This document shows positions 14,072 to 22,776 of a stretch of DNA of 29,708 bases, one piece after another. The stretch comes from an uncultured Pygmaiobacter sp. (GTDB lineage Bacteria > Bacillota > Clostridia > Oscillospirales > Ruminococcaceae). The position numbers and the translations under genes were made by a program. Under the pieces are notes generated by a model. It saw nothing but the letters and a program-made list of their open reading frames with translations. It made no database searches and had not been told where the DNA came from. The first letter of the stretch is position 1. The number at the start of each line of letters is the position of its first letter. Location: NCBI GenBank assembly GCA_944386485.1, contig CALXBG010000028.1, positions 1 through 29,708 of the forward strand, written 5' to 3'.

Positions 14072-15616
14072 ATGAACTGTCCCAATTGTGGCAATCCCGT
14101 TTCAGAGGGAGCTTCTTTCTGCCCGTTGTGTGGGTCAAGGGTGAATGCGGCGTTGTCTGCACAGCACCAGGAACAGTCGGCGCCGGGCAATCCGGTACAG
14201 CCGGTGCAAGGGGAGAGCGGCCCGCAGACGGCCGCGCAGCAGGGCAATGACCAGTCTGGCTATACGCAGCAGAGTTACCCGCAGCAAGGTTACACGCAGC
14301 AGAGCTATGGCCAGCAAAGCTACACCCAGCAGAACTACGGCCAACCGGGGTATGGCTACAATCAGCCGGATATGGGACCGCAGCGGCCGGTCAGTCCCTA
14401 TTATCAGCGGCAGTTTGCCCTGATCGCGCAGGGCCAGCGCAGCCGGTTTAACTGGGCGGCTTTCTTTCTCGGGCCGTATCATGCGGTCTACCGCGGTCAT
14501 ACCAAGCGGTTTCTCGCCCTTTACCTGCCGCTGCTGATCCTGACCTTGGTCAACGAGGTCGCGCTGATTGCGGCATTTGGAGCGAATAACCTTTCTCTGA
14601 TCGGGATCACGGTGATTCTCAGCTGGGTTATCTCCCTGGTTTCCATCGGCCTTGCGATCTATAATGGACTTACCTTTAATAAAAGCTATTTTGCCCTCTG
14701 TGGCGGTGACCCGCGGGTGCCATCCTGCGGCGGACGGCTTGCCGTGACCATCATCACGGTGACGCTGGTCAGCATTGTGGCCGCGGTTGCCCTTTTCGGC
14801 GTCATGATGAACCAGGCGTTCAGCCAGCTGGAAAATTTGGGTGAGTATCCCTTCGATAACTCTTACGTTGAGCAGCTGCCCCCTGACGGTACCGTGCCGC
14901 AGGGCGGACAGCAGGAGCCGCAGACCGGTTCGCAGTCCGCTGTGACCGGCGGTACACAGGATATTACCGGGCTGCTCGTTGATTACGGCGACGTCGTCGC
15001 CGATCAGCTGTACCTGCTGGGCTGGAACGACCCTGATATGACCGAGGCGGAGCAGATTGTCAACAGCGCTTATCTGTTCCGCTCGGATAAGGTGAGCATG
15101 ATTGACGCCCTCAGCACCGCCTCGCAATCGATCTACTGGGAGGAGGTACAGCCCAGCGAAACAGTTTTTGAAGGAGCCAGATATTTTTCCGTCTACTGTA
15201 CGCTGGAAGAGGGAGACATCGTCTTTGACTTCGCCATCGGCGGGGGCAATGTGATGGTTTTCGGCTGCTATGTCTGGGAGGGCGAGAACTATGTCGGGCT
15301 GAATGAGCAGCAAGCTTCTGCGTTGCTGGAAGCTCTGTACAGCCGGGCGGGCGTACCCCAGTCGATTCCCTATCAGGCGCGCGGAAGCTGGCGGACCTCT
15401 GCCGGTGAGGAGTTCGTGCTGGATGGCGAGACTCTCAACGGACAGCCCTATACCCTCTGGTTTATGAGCGAAGATATTCTTGCGGTCTATCTGGACAACG
15501 TCGAGGGAGTAGAGGGCGAGTATTACATGATGATAGAGGGCCCGATCCTCAATGTCTGGCAGTACGACGCGAGCGGGGCGATCATCAACGATCTGTACTA
15601 TACAAAAGCCAACTAA
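14072..15616 (+). CDS. Zinc-ribbon / Q,Y-rich repeat / DUF2628-like multi-TM protein with a C-terminal extracytoplasmic domain
   Basis: ATG at 14072 with RBS AAAGGAGGGAG upstream. The track start at 14042 lacks an RBS. N-terminal ribbon MNCPNCGNPVSEGASFCPLCG. YxQQx pentapeptide repeats follow. RFNWAAFFLGPYHAVYRGHTKRF is DUF2628-like. Three or four TM helices precede a ~270-aa soluble tail. Confidence 0.8.
   Translation: MNCPNCGNPVSEGASFCPLCGSRVNAALSAQHQEQSAPGNPVQPVQGESGPQTAAQQGNDQSGYTQQSYPQQGYTQQSYGQQSYTQQNYGQPGYGYNQPDMGPQRPVSPYYQRQFALIAQGQRSRFNWAAFFLGPYHAVYRGHTKRFLALYLPLLILTLVNEVALIAAFGANNLSLIGITVILSWVISLVSIGLAIYNGLTFNKSYFALCGGDPRVPSCGGRLAVTIITVTLVSIVAAVALFGVMMNQAFSQLENLGEYPFDNSYVEQLPPDGTVPQGGQQEPQTGSQSAVTGGTQDITGLLVDYGDVVADQLYLLGWNDPDMTEAEQIVNSAYLFRSDKVSMIDALSTASQSIYWEEVQPSETVFEGARYFSVYCTLEEGDIVFDFAIGGGNVMVFGCYVWEGENYVGLNEQQASALLEALYSRAGVPQSIPYQARGSWRTSAGEEFVLDGETLNGQPYTLWFMSEDILAVYLDNVEGVEGEYYMMIEGPILNVWQYDASGAIINDLYYTKAN
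14261..14350 (+). repeat. Six tandem 15-nt (pentapeptide) coding repeats, Y-[TPG]-Q-[QP]-[SGN]
   Basis: The units are TATACGCAGCAGAGT, TACCCGCAGCAAGGT, TACACGCAGCAGAGC, TATGGCCAGCAAAGC, TACACCCAGCAGAAC and TACGGCCAACCGGGG. All are in frame with the CDS. Confidence 0.8.
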
Positions 15617-15625
15617 AACGCAGAT

Positions 15626-15656
15626 ACGGCGAATCTTTAAGGTGCGCCGTTTTTTG
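15626..15656 (+). terminator. Probable terminator
   Basis: Stem ACGGCG (15626-15631) pairs with CGCCGT (15645-15650). It is followed by TTTTTG. The stem is short and the loop is 13 nt. Confidence 0.45.
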
Positions 15657-15703
15657 TCATGGGTACCGGCGAAAGTGGTTAAAAATTTTTTTCTCTCAGG
15701 TGA

Positions 15704-15732
15704 TTGACTTGCCGGCACAGTTGTGCGATACT
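15704..15732 (+). promoter_or_regulatory. Candidate promoter of the MATE gene
   Basis: -35 TTGACT (15704-15709), 17-nt spacer, -10 GATACT (15727-15732) preceded by TGc. Confidence 0.5.
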
Positions 15733-15788
15733 CCCTTAGGAATTAAAGGGATTTTGGGATAAGCGCAATGCCACAGGGAGGTAGATCA

Positions 15789-17180
15789 ATGGCAAGGAGT
15801 ACGGCGTCGACCAGAGGGCTGACCGAAGGGGTTATCTGGAAACAGCTGCTGGCCTACTTTTTCCCGATTTTATTCGGGACCTTTTTTCAACAGCTTTACA
15901 ACACCGCCGACGCGATGATCGTGGGACAGTTTGTCGGCAAGCAGGCGCTGGCGGCGGTCGGCGGCGCGACCGGCACCCTCGTCAATTTTATCGTCAACCT
16001 GTTTGTCGGACTTTCCTCCGGCACGACGGTCATCGTCGCGCAGCTTTACGGCGCGGGGGAGCATAAGCGGGTGGGGGACGCGGTTCACACCTCGCTGGCG
16101 CTGGCGATCACCGCCGGTTTTGGGATGACCGTCGTCTCGCTGCTGCTGGCACGGCCGGCGCTGACCGCGATGGGTACCCCTGAGGACGTGATGCCCTACG
16201 CGCTGACCTATCTGCGGACAGTACTGCTCGGTGTGGTGCCCTCCTTCCTTTACAATATGGGTTCCGGTGTGCTGCGCGCGGTTGGAGATACCAAGCGCCC
16301 ACTCTACTTCCTGATTGCAGCCTGCCTGACCAACATTGTGCTCGACCTGATTCTGGTTGCCGGACTGGGAATGGGCGTCTTTGGCGCGGCGCTCGCGACC
16401 ATCCTCTCCCAGGCGCTCAGCGCCGTGCTGACCCTGCTCTGCCTTGCGGGCAGCGGAGCCTGTTACCGGTTTGAGCCGGCAAAGCTGCGGTTCACCAAAG
16501 GGATGCTCGGCGGTGTGCTGCGGGTTGGCATTCCGGCCGGGCTGCAGTCCAATATGTACTCGATTTCGAATATCATCATTCAGACCTGCATCAATTCGTT
16601 CGGCACCGATACGATGGCGGCCTGGACCGCCCACGGCAAGATCGACGGCTTTTTCTGGATGATCATGGGTGCGTTCGGCATCTCGATTACGGCATTTGCC
16701 GGGCAAAATTTTGGCGCGCGCAAGTACGACCGGATCCGGAAGAGCGTGCGGGACTGCCTGATCTTCTCGGCGATTACCGCGCTGGTCATCGGCGGGCTGT
16801 ACTACGGGTTCGCCGGGCCGCTGCAGCGGATCTTTACCTCGGATGAAGCGGTATTGGCCATCGGACGGCAGATCGTGGGCCTCACGGTACCGTTCTACTT
16901 CACCTATATCTGTATTGAGATTATGGCCGGTGCAATCCGCGGCTGTGGCGAGGCAATGCCCCCGATGCTGATGGTTGCCGGCGGAGTTTGTGTACTGCGG
17001 ATTGTCTGGATTGCGGTCATGTTGTCTTTCCACCGGCAGCTGTCCACCGTATTGGTCAGCTATCCGCTCAGCTGGGCGGTGACCTCGGTGATCTTTGTGG
17101 TCTATTATCTGCGGGGCAACTGGCTCAAGCGGTGCATCAAAAAATCCTTTGGCTCACAGGAAGAAGAGGCAAAGGCATAA
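15789..17180 (+). CDS. MATE-family efflux transporter
   Basis: ATG at 15789 with RBS GGGAGG 7 nt upstream. The protein has about 12 TM segments. N-terminal MATE signature: LLAYFFPILFGTFFQQLYNTADAMIVGQFVGKQALAAVG. A repeated half follows: LRVGIPAGLQSNMYSISNIIIQ. Confidence 0.9.
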   Translation: MARSTASTRGLTEGVIWKQLLAYFFPILFGTFFQQLYNTADAMIVGQFVGKQALAAVGGATGTLVNFIVNLFVGLSSGTTVIVAQLYGAGEHKRVGDAVHTSLALAITAGFGMTVVSLLLARPALTAMGTPEDVMPYALTYLRTVLLGVVPSFLYNMGSGVLRAVGDTKRPLYFLIAACLTNIVLDLILVAGLGMGVFGAALATILSQALSAVLTLLCLAGSGACYRFEPAKLRFTKGMLGGVLRVGIPAGLQSNMYSISNIIIQTCINSFGTDTMAAWTAHGKIDGFFWMIMGAFGISITAFAGQNFGARKYDRIRKSVRDCLIFSAITALVIGGLYYGFAGPLQRIFTSDEAVLAIGRQIVGLTVPFYFTYICIEIMAGAIRGCGEAMPPMLMVAGGVCVLRIVWIAVMLSFHRQLSTVLVSYPLSWAVTSVIFVVYYLRGNWLKRCIKKSFGSQEEEAKA

Positions 17181-17216
17181 AAGAAAGGCACGGAACACAG
17201 GTTCCGTGCCTTTCTT
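17181..17216. terminator. Bidirectional terminator between the MATE and gluQ genes
   Basis: Perfect 16-bp stem: AAGAAAGGCACGGAAC (17181-17196) pairs with GTTCCGTGCCTTTCTT (17201-17216). The loop is ACAG. Confidence 0.85.
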
Positions 17217-17220
17217 GATA

Positions 17221-18174
17221 TCAGAACAGCGAGGACGGCAGCCGCACATCCTCCCGCGGTAGCTTGTCCCAGGAAAAGAGCGGGATCAGCTGGTCGGGAG
17301 TTGCCGGTTCAGGCCGCTCGAGCAGACCGGCGGCAAAGCCGAGCGCGCCGGTGATCGCCGCAGGGGAAAGCCCCCGCGCGAGAAGCGCGTCGAGGCTAAG
17401 ATCGTCATCCCGTTTGGAGAGCCGCCGGCCATCCGGGGCGAGCAGCAGCGGCAGATGCCCAAAGCGGGGTGCGGGGAACCCCAGCAGCCGGTAGAGATAG
17501 AGCTGGCGCGGGGTGGAGGCGAGCAGATCCCGCCCGCGCACGACCTCGGTAATTCCCATCTCGGCGTCATCCACAACCACCGCGAGCTGGTAGGCGAAAA
17601 CCCCGTCCGAGCGGCGAAGAATAAAATCGCCGCACGCCTGCGCGAGATTTTGGGTCGTTCTGCCATAGTGCAGGTCCTGAAAAACCATCTCCTCATCTGG
17701 TACCCGCAGCCGCAGCGCCGGTGGACGTACCAGGGTGCGCCGGCGGATTTCCTCATCGGTCAGGTTACGGCAGGTTCCCGCATAGACGACCTCGCCGTCG
17801 GCGGCATGGGGCGCGCTGGCGGCATGTAGCTGTGCGCGGGAACAAAAGCAGGGATAGACCAGCTCCTGTGCGCGCAGCTGCGCCAGGGCCTGCTCATAGA
17901 GCGCGGCCCGGCGGCTCTGCTCATAGGGAGCATGGGGCCCGGCGGCGTCAAGACCGCCCTCGTCCCAGACCAGCCCCAAAAGCGCGAGGTCGCGCTGCAG
18001 CTGCTCGGTGTATTTTCGCTTTGAGCGGGCGGGGTCGAGATCCTCGATCCGCAGAATGATCCGCCCGCCCTGCCGCCGGGCCGAAAGCCAGGCGAGCAGA
18101 AAACAGAACAGATTGCCCAGGTGCAGACGTCCGCTGGGGCTCGGGGCAAACCGCCCAACTGCCTGCTGTGCCAT
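17221..18174 (-). CDS. gluQ: tRNA glutamyl-Q(34) synthetase (GluQRS; truncated GluRS paralog lacking the anticodon-binding domain)
   Basis: GRFAPSPSGRLHLGNLF carries the HIGH-type motif (HLGN). ILRIEDLD and RLSKRD (KMSKS-type) are also present. Length is about 317 aa. The start is ambiguous: ATG 18174, or a GTG at 18183 or 18186. All lie downstream of RBS GGAGGGAGG. Confidence 0.85.
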   Translation of the reverse strand: MAQQAVGRFAPSPSGRLHLGNLFCFLLAWLSARRQGGRIILRIEDLDPARSKRKYTEQLQRDLALLGLVWDEGGLDAAGPHAPYEQSRRAALYEQALAQLRAQELVYPCFCSRAQLHAASAPHAADGEVVYAGTCRNLTDEEIRRRTLVRPPALRLRVPDEEMVFQDLHYGRTTQNLAQACGDFILRRSDGVFAYQLAVVVDDAEMGITEVVRGRDLLASTPRQLYLYRLLGFPAPRFGHLPLLLAPDGRRLSKRDDDLSLDALLARGLSPAAITGALGFAAGLLERPEPATPDQLIPLFSWDKLPREDVRLPSSLF

Positions 18175-18206
18175 TGTCCGCACCACCTCCCTCCAAAGCT
18201 GTTCTC

Positions 18207-18235
18207 ATTATAGCGAAAATCGGCGGAAAAGCCAA
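18207..18235 (-). promoter_or_regulatory. Promoter of gluQ
   Basis: On the minus strand: -35 TTGGCT (18235-18230), 17-nt spacer, consensus -10 TATAAT (18212-18207). Confidence 0.65.
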
Positions 18236-18269
18236 TCGCCCTCAAAAGCAAGATTTTCCCGCCGCCGGA

Positions 18270-18298
18270 TTGTAACAGCGCGTAAAATGCGATAAAAT
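18270..18298 (+). promoter_or_regulatory. Promoter of the AI-2E permease gene (divergent from gluQ)
   Basis: -35 TTGTAA (18270-18275), 17-nt spacer, -10 TAAAAT (18293-18298). Confidence 0.55.
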
Positions 18299-18348
18299 AA
18301 AAGAACAGGTGCGGCGTTATGCCGCATAAGCTGCCGGGAGGAAATCGG

Positions 18349-19515
18349 ATGAAGCGGAAAAATAAAATCTGGCTGGAGTTTTTTTTGGCGCTTGCGGCGT
18401 TGATTCTGTTCAACTGGGCGCTGGATAATGGGCGGCTGTTGACCGATCTGCTGCGGACGGTATTGGGCATCCTTGCGCCCTTTTTGATTGGGCTGGTGAT
18501 CGCCTTTGTGATCAATGTGCCGATGCGGGCGCTCGAGCGGTTGCTGCGCCGGATCCCCGGGATGCAGACCAGGCACAAGCTGCTGCGTTCCGCAAGCTTT
18601 CTTGCCACCCTGGTGCTCTTTGTCGCCGGTCTTACGCTGGCGACCCGGATTGTGTTGCCCGAACTGGGCGGCACCATTTCTGCCCTCGGCAAGCAGATTC
18701 CGGCCTTTTTCACCCGGATGCAGCAGCAGGCAAAGCAGCTGGAGGGCTGGGTGCCCCATCTGCGGGAATATATAGCCGAACTGCAGCTGGACTGGAAAGA
18801 GATCGCCGAGCGGGTGATGGGCTTTTTGCAGACCGGCGCAACCTCGCTGCTCGGTTCGACAATGACCATTGCGACCTCGGTTTTCAGCGGAGTTTTCAAC
18901 ACTTTTATGGGCTTCATCTTCGCCGTCTATATCCTGTTCGGCAAGGAGAAGCTCAAGGTACAGGCGCGGCGGGTGCTCTATGCCTGGATGCCGGTTCCCC
19001 GAGCGGATCGATTCATCTATATTGCCGATCTGACCGAGCAGACCTTCTCCCGGTTCCTCACCGGTCAATGCCTTGAGGCGATGATCCTCGGCATGATGTT
19101 CTTTGTCAGCATGACGCTGCTGCGGTTCCCCTATGCGATGCTGGTCGCGGTGCTGGTCGCCATTACCGCCCTGATCCCGATGTTCGGCGCCTTCATCGGC
19201 TGCTTTATCGGCGCGTTTTTGATCCTTGTCGTCAACCCAATGCAGGCGTTCTGGTTTGTACTTCTGTTTATGCTGCTCCAGCAGATTGAAGGCAACCTGA
19301 TCTACCCGCGGGTTGTGGGCAGCTCGATCGGTCTGCCCGCGATGTGGGTGATGGTCGCGGTTACCGTCGGCGGCAGCACGATGGGAATTCTCGGCATGCT
19401 GCTGATGGTGCCTGCCGCCTCGGTGATCTATGCGCTGGCGCGGGAGAACACCGAGCGCCGGCTGCTTCGCCGACAGGTTCCGCCCGACCGGTATGCAGAA
19501 GAACAAGATACCTGA
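18349..19515 (+). CDS. AI-2E family transporter (PerM/UPF0118-type permease)
   Basis: ATG at 18349 with RBS GGGAGGAAA upstream. The protein is polytopic. C-terminal family signature: LIPMFGAFIGCFIGAFLILV...LLQQIEGNLIYPRVVGSSIGLPAMWVMVAV. Confidence 0.9.
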   Translation: MKRKNKIWLEFFLALAALILFNWALDNGRLLTDLLRTVLGILAPFLIGLVIAFVINVPMRALERLLRRIPGMQTRHKLLRSASFLATLVLFVAGLTLATRIVLPELGGTISALGKQIPAFFTRMQQQAKQLEGWVPHLREYIAELQLDWKEIAERVMGFLQTGATSLLGSTMTIATSVFSGVFNTFMGFIFAVYILFGKEKLKVQARRVLYAWMPVPRADRFIYIADLTEQTFSRFLTGQCLEAMILGMMFFVSMTLLRFPYAMLVAVLVAITALIPMFGAFIGCFIGAFLILVVNPMQAFWFVLLFMLLQQIEGNLIYPRVVGSSIGLPAMWVMVAVTVGGSTMGILGMLLMVPAASVIYALARENTERRLLRRQVPPDRYAEEQDT

Positions 19516-19521
19516 CACAGA

Positions 19522-19554
19522 CCCGGCGCAACCGCGCCGGGCTTTGCCGTTTTC
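19522..19554 (+). terminator. Terminator after the AI-2E gene
   Basis: Stem CCCGGCGC (19522-19529) pairs with GCGCCGGG (19534-19541). It is followed by CTTTGCCGTTTT. Confidence 0.6.
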
Positions 19555-19612
19555 AGCCCTACTTTATGGCGGTGCGCCGAAAAACCATTGTGCCGCCCCG
19601 GTGCAAATCGGC

Positions 19613-19629
19613 AATTCCACGGTGGAATT
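19613..19629. promoter_or_regulatory. 17-bp perfect palindrome AATTCCAC-g-GTGGAATT overlapping the -35 position of the his promoter (candidate operator)
   Basis: Arms at 19613-19620 and 19622-19629 are exact reverse complements. The palindrome ends 17 nt upstream of TATAAT at 19646. Confidence 0.4.
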
Positions 19630-19645
19630 TGGCTGGGCGGTGTAG

Positions 19646-19651
19646 TATAAT
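19646..19651 (+). promoter_or_regulatory. Consensus -10 box (TATAAT) upstream of hisZ
   Basis: GTGTAGTATAAT lies ~50 nt upstream of the hisZ ATG. The best -35 at 17-nt spacing is weak (TGGAAT). Confidence 0.45.
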
Positions 19652-19701
19652 TACTTTAACAATCTACTACTCTACCATAGTAAAGTGAACGGAGGGATCG
19701 A

Positions 19702-20826
19702 ATGCGTTCCGACTATCAGACGCTGACCGCCGTCGAGCGGGCGTCGCTCGCGCTGCGGGAACTGTATGAGCGACTGGGCTACCGCAAGTATCGGATGGGG
19801 CAGTTTGAGGAATACAGCCTTTATATGGACAACAAAAACTTTCTGTCCAGCGAACGGGTGATCTCCTTTACCGACCTCGATGGGCGGCTGCTGGCGCTGC
19901 GCCCGGATGTGACCTTGAGCATTGTGCGGCATGCGTCGGAGCAGCCCCACGCCGCCGAGCGGCTCTATTATACCGAAAGTGTCTACCGGCCCAGCGCCGA
20001 GGGACACGCATTTAAGGAAATCAGCCAGATGGGCATCGAGGTGCTGGGTGAGATCGACCGATATGCGATGACCGAGGTCACGCTGCTGGCGGCCCAGAGC
20101 CTGTGCGCCTTTGGACCAAAAGGATTGCTCGAGCTGAGCGATCTGCGGTTTGCGGTCGGGCTGTTCGATGCGCTGGGATTAAAGGACGGGCTGCGGGTAC
20201 AGGCGCTTGATGCGCTGGGACAGAAGAACCGCCCGGCGCTCGAGACAGTTGCCCGGGCGGCCGGTCTTGGCACGGAGGATGCGGCGGCACTCTGCGCGCT
20301 GGTAGAGCTCTATGGCCCCTGGCAGCCGACGCTGGAGCGGGCGCGGGCGCTCTGCCGCGGAGAGACGATGGCGGCGGCGATAGAGGAGCTCGCGAGCGTC
20401 TGCGCGGCGGCCGCGCAGGGGGACAATCAGCTGGCGATCGATCTCTCGCTGGTGGGACATACTGATTACTATAACGGCCTGTTGCTGCGCGGTTACCTCG
20501 AGGGCCTGCCCCGGGCGGTATTGGTCGGCGGACGGTATGACGGAATCCTCAAAAAACTGGGCAAAGCGGGCGGCGGCATCGGTTTTGCGCTTGACCTGTC
20601 CGAGATCAGCCGGTTGCCGGAACAGAAGGATGACGCAGCGCTCGATCTGCTGGTGCAGTATACCGAAGACGCCGATCCCGCGGTGGTGGCGCGGGCGGTC
20701 GCCGGCGCGGCCCGGCAGGGGCTTCGGGTGCGCGCGCTGCGGCAGGAGGAGGATCCCGGTGAACGCTGCTGGAAAGACGCGCTGCTGATCAGCGGCGCGG
20801 GGGTGCAGAGAGGAGACGGCTGCTGA
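19702..20826 (+). CDS. hisZ: ATP phosphoribosyltransferase regulatory subunit HisZ (HisRS paralog)
   Basis: RBS GGAGGG upstream. The sequence is HisRS-like (LALRPDVTLSIVR; YYTESVYR). The position immediately upstream of a short-form hisG, with a TGATG junction, supports the call. Confidence 0.9.
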   Translation: MRSDYQTLTAVERASLALRELYERLGYRKYRMGQFEEYSLYMDNKNFLSSERVISFTDLDGRLLALRPDVTLSIVRHASEQPHAAERLYYTESVYRPSAEGHAFKEISQMGIEVLGEIDRYAMTEVTLLAAQSLCAFGPKGLLELSDLRFAVGLFDALGLKDGLRVQALDALGQKNRPALETVARAAGLGTEDAAALCALVELYGPWQPTLERARALCRGETMAAAIEELASVCAAAAQGDNQLAIDLSLVGHTDYYNGLLLRGYLEGLPRAVLVGGRYDGILKKLGKAGGGIGFALDLSEISRLPEQKDDAALDLLVQYTEDADPAVVARAVAGAARQGLRVRALRQEEDPGERCWKDALLISGAGVQRGDGC

Positions 20827-21458
20827 TGAGCGAATATTTGACCGTCGCGCTGCCTAAGGGGCGGCTGGGAGATAAGGTCTATAACCTGCTCGAGCGCGTT
20901 GGCTATGACTGCCGTGAGATCCGGGAGGACGGGCGCAAGCTGGTCTTTGAGAATCCCGCCGCCGGCGTGCGGTATCTGCTGGTCAAGCCCAGCGACGTGG
21001 CGATCTATGTCGAGCATGGGGCTGCCGACGTCGGAATCGTGGGAAAGGATATCCTCGAGGAAAACAGGCCGGATGTCTATGAACTGCTCGACCTGGGCAT
21101 CGGGCGCTGCCGGATGGCGGTGGCCTCCCGCAGCGATTACCGCGAGGATACCAGCCGCACGCTGCGGGTAGCGACCAAGTTTGAGAACATCGCAAAGCAG
21201 TATTACGCTTCTCTCAACCGGGATATCGAGATCATCCGGCTCAACGGCAGCATCGAGCTCGCGCCGCTGCTCGGGCTCTCTGATGTAATTGTCGATATCG
21301 TCGAGAGTGGTACCACCATTCGGGAGAACAATCTCAAGGTGTTTACCGAGTTCATGCAGATCAGCGCCCGGTTTATTGCGAACAAGTCCAGCTTCAAATT
21401 CAAAAACGAGGTCATCACCCGGATGGCCGATAAACTGAACGGAGTGATAAAGGTATGA
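20826..21458 (+). CDS. hisG: ATP phosphoribosyltransferase, short form (HisG-S)
   Basis: LTVALPKGRL...KPSDVAIYVEHGAADVGIVGKD...DIVESGTTIRENNL. At 210 aa it lacks the C-terminal regulatory domain. Confidence 0.95.
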   Translation: MSEYLTVALPKGRLGDKVYNLLERVGYDCREIREDGRKLVFENPAAGVRYLLVKPSDVAIYVEHGAADVGIVGKDILEENRPDVYELLDLGIGRCRMAVASRSDYREDTSRTLRVATKFENIAKQYYASLNRDIEIIRLNGSIELAPLLGLSDVIVDIVESGTTIRENNLKVFTEFMQISARFIANKSSFKFKNEVITRMADKLNGVIKV

Positions 21459-22735
21459 TTCAGATTATGAGGGCCGACGAGGTATCGACCGATAAGATTC
21501 TCAACCGGGACATCCGGGCGGAGGAAGATGTCTCCCGGATTGTCGATGAGATCATTGCCCGGGTCCGCGCCGGGGGGGATGCGGCGCTGTTCGATTACGC
21601 CGAAAAGCTCGACCGGGCGAAGCTGACCGCGCTGGAGGTAACCGCCGATGAGATCGAGGCCGGTTGGCAGGCGGTGGGGGAGGAGTTCCGCAAGACCCTG
21701 ACCCTCGCACAGCAGAACATCGCCGCGTTTCACCGCCGTCAGCTGCACGATGATTTCGTCATCACCGACCAGCCCGGTATTGTACTGGGCCAGCGGTATA
21801 CCCCGATCGAACGGGTCGGGGTCTATGTGCCGGGCGGGACTGCCAGCTATCCCAGCACCGTGCTGATGGATGTTGTGCCTGCCAAGCTCGCCGGCGTAGG
21901 GGAGATCGTGATGGTCACCCCGCCCGCGCCCGACGGCAGCGTGAAACCCGAGATTCTCGCAGCGGCAAAGGTCGCGGGGGTGGACCGGATCTTCAAGATC
22001 GGCGGGGCCGGCGCGGTGGCCGCCCTCGCCTATGGCACCCAGAGCGTACCGAAGGTGGACAAGATCGTCGGCCCCGGCAACATCTTCGTTGCGACCGCAA
22101 AGCGCAAGGTCTTCGGACTGGTCGACATTGATATGATCGCCGGCCCCAGCGAGATTCTGGTGGTTGCCGACGGCGGCTGCAATCCCGCCTGGGTTGCGGC
22201 GGACCTGCTCAGCCAGGCCGAGCATGATAAGCTGGCCAGCGCGGTGCTGGTCACCGACAGCGAGGAACTGGCCAATGCGGTCGCCGGGGAGCTTGAGCGG
22301 CAGCTCGAGCGGCTGCCACGGCGGGAGATCGCGGCGGCGAGTATTGCTGAAAACGGCAAGATCATCCTGACCGACAGCCTCGATGAGGCGGTCAGAATCG
22401 CCAACCTGATCGCGCCCGAACACCTCGAGCTCTCGGTCGCCGATCCCTTTGCGCTGCTGCCCAGCGTCAAAAACGCCGGCAGCATCTTCCTCGGCCGGCA
22501 TGTGCCTGAGGCGCTGGGAGATTATCTCGCGGGACCGAACCACACGCTGCCCACCAGCGGTACTGCACGGTTCTCCAGCCCGCTGGGGGTGGACGATTTC
22601 GTCAAGCGCAGCAGCTTTTTGTATTACAGTCCCGACGCGCTGGGGCAGGTTGCCGATCGGGTGGTCGACTTCGCGCAGCGGGAGGGCCTGGATGCCCACG
22701 GACGCAGCGTTGCGATTCGGTTTGAGAAGAAATAA
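21455..22735 (+). CDS. hisD: Histidinol dehydrogenase
   Basis: ATGA overlap with hisG. Motifs [28 protein letters not shown] and APEHLEL are present. Confidence 0.95.
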   Translation: MIQIMRADEVSTDKILNRDIRAEEDVSRIVDEIIARVRAGGDAALFDYAEKLDRAKLTALEVTADEIEAGWQAVGEEFRKTLTLAQQNIAAFHRRQLHDDFVITDQPGIVLGQRYTPIERVGVYVPGGTASYPSTVLMDVVPAKLAGVGEIVMVTPPAPDGSVKPEILAAAKVAGVDRIFKIGGAGAVAALAYGTQSVPKVDKIVGPGNIFVATAKRKVFGLVDIDMIAGPSEILVVADGGCNPAWVAADLLSQAEHDKLASAVLVTDSEELANAVAGELERQLERLPRREIAAASIAENGKIILTDSLDEAVRIANLIAPEHLELSVADPFALLPSVKNAGSIFLGRHVPEALGDYLAGPNHTLPTSGTARFSSPLGVDDFVKRSSFLYYSPDALGQVADRVVDFAQREGLDAHGRSVAIRFEKK

Positions 22736-22776
22736 GGGAGCCGGCAAGATTGCCGGTTGTTGAGGAGGAGTAAGGG

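Noticed and set aside
14135-15718. 527-aa minus-strand ORF antisense to the zinc-ribbon membrane protein gene
   Set aside because: It is a high-GC shadow ORF. It runs through the + strand terminator and promoter regions, and the sense gene has a strong RBS and coherent domain structure.
15870-19518. Long antisense ORFs 15870-17033(-), 17760-18917(-) and 18208-19518(-), plus + strand ORFs inside gluQ
   Set aside because: Each lies opposite a gene with clear family signatures (MATE, GluQRS, AI-2E). Their compositions are R/P/G/H-rich, and one would have to read through the divergent promoter region at 18187-18348.
19516-19701. T-box riboswitch or His-leader-peptide attenuator upstream of hisZ
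   Set aside because: I found no T-box core-like sequence (GGUGGUACCGCG-type), no specifier/antiterminator architecture and no run of His codons. The region is too short for a T-box (~150 nt in total, much of it upstream of the -10 box).
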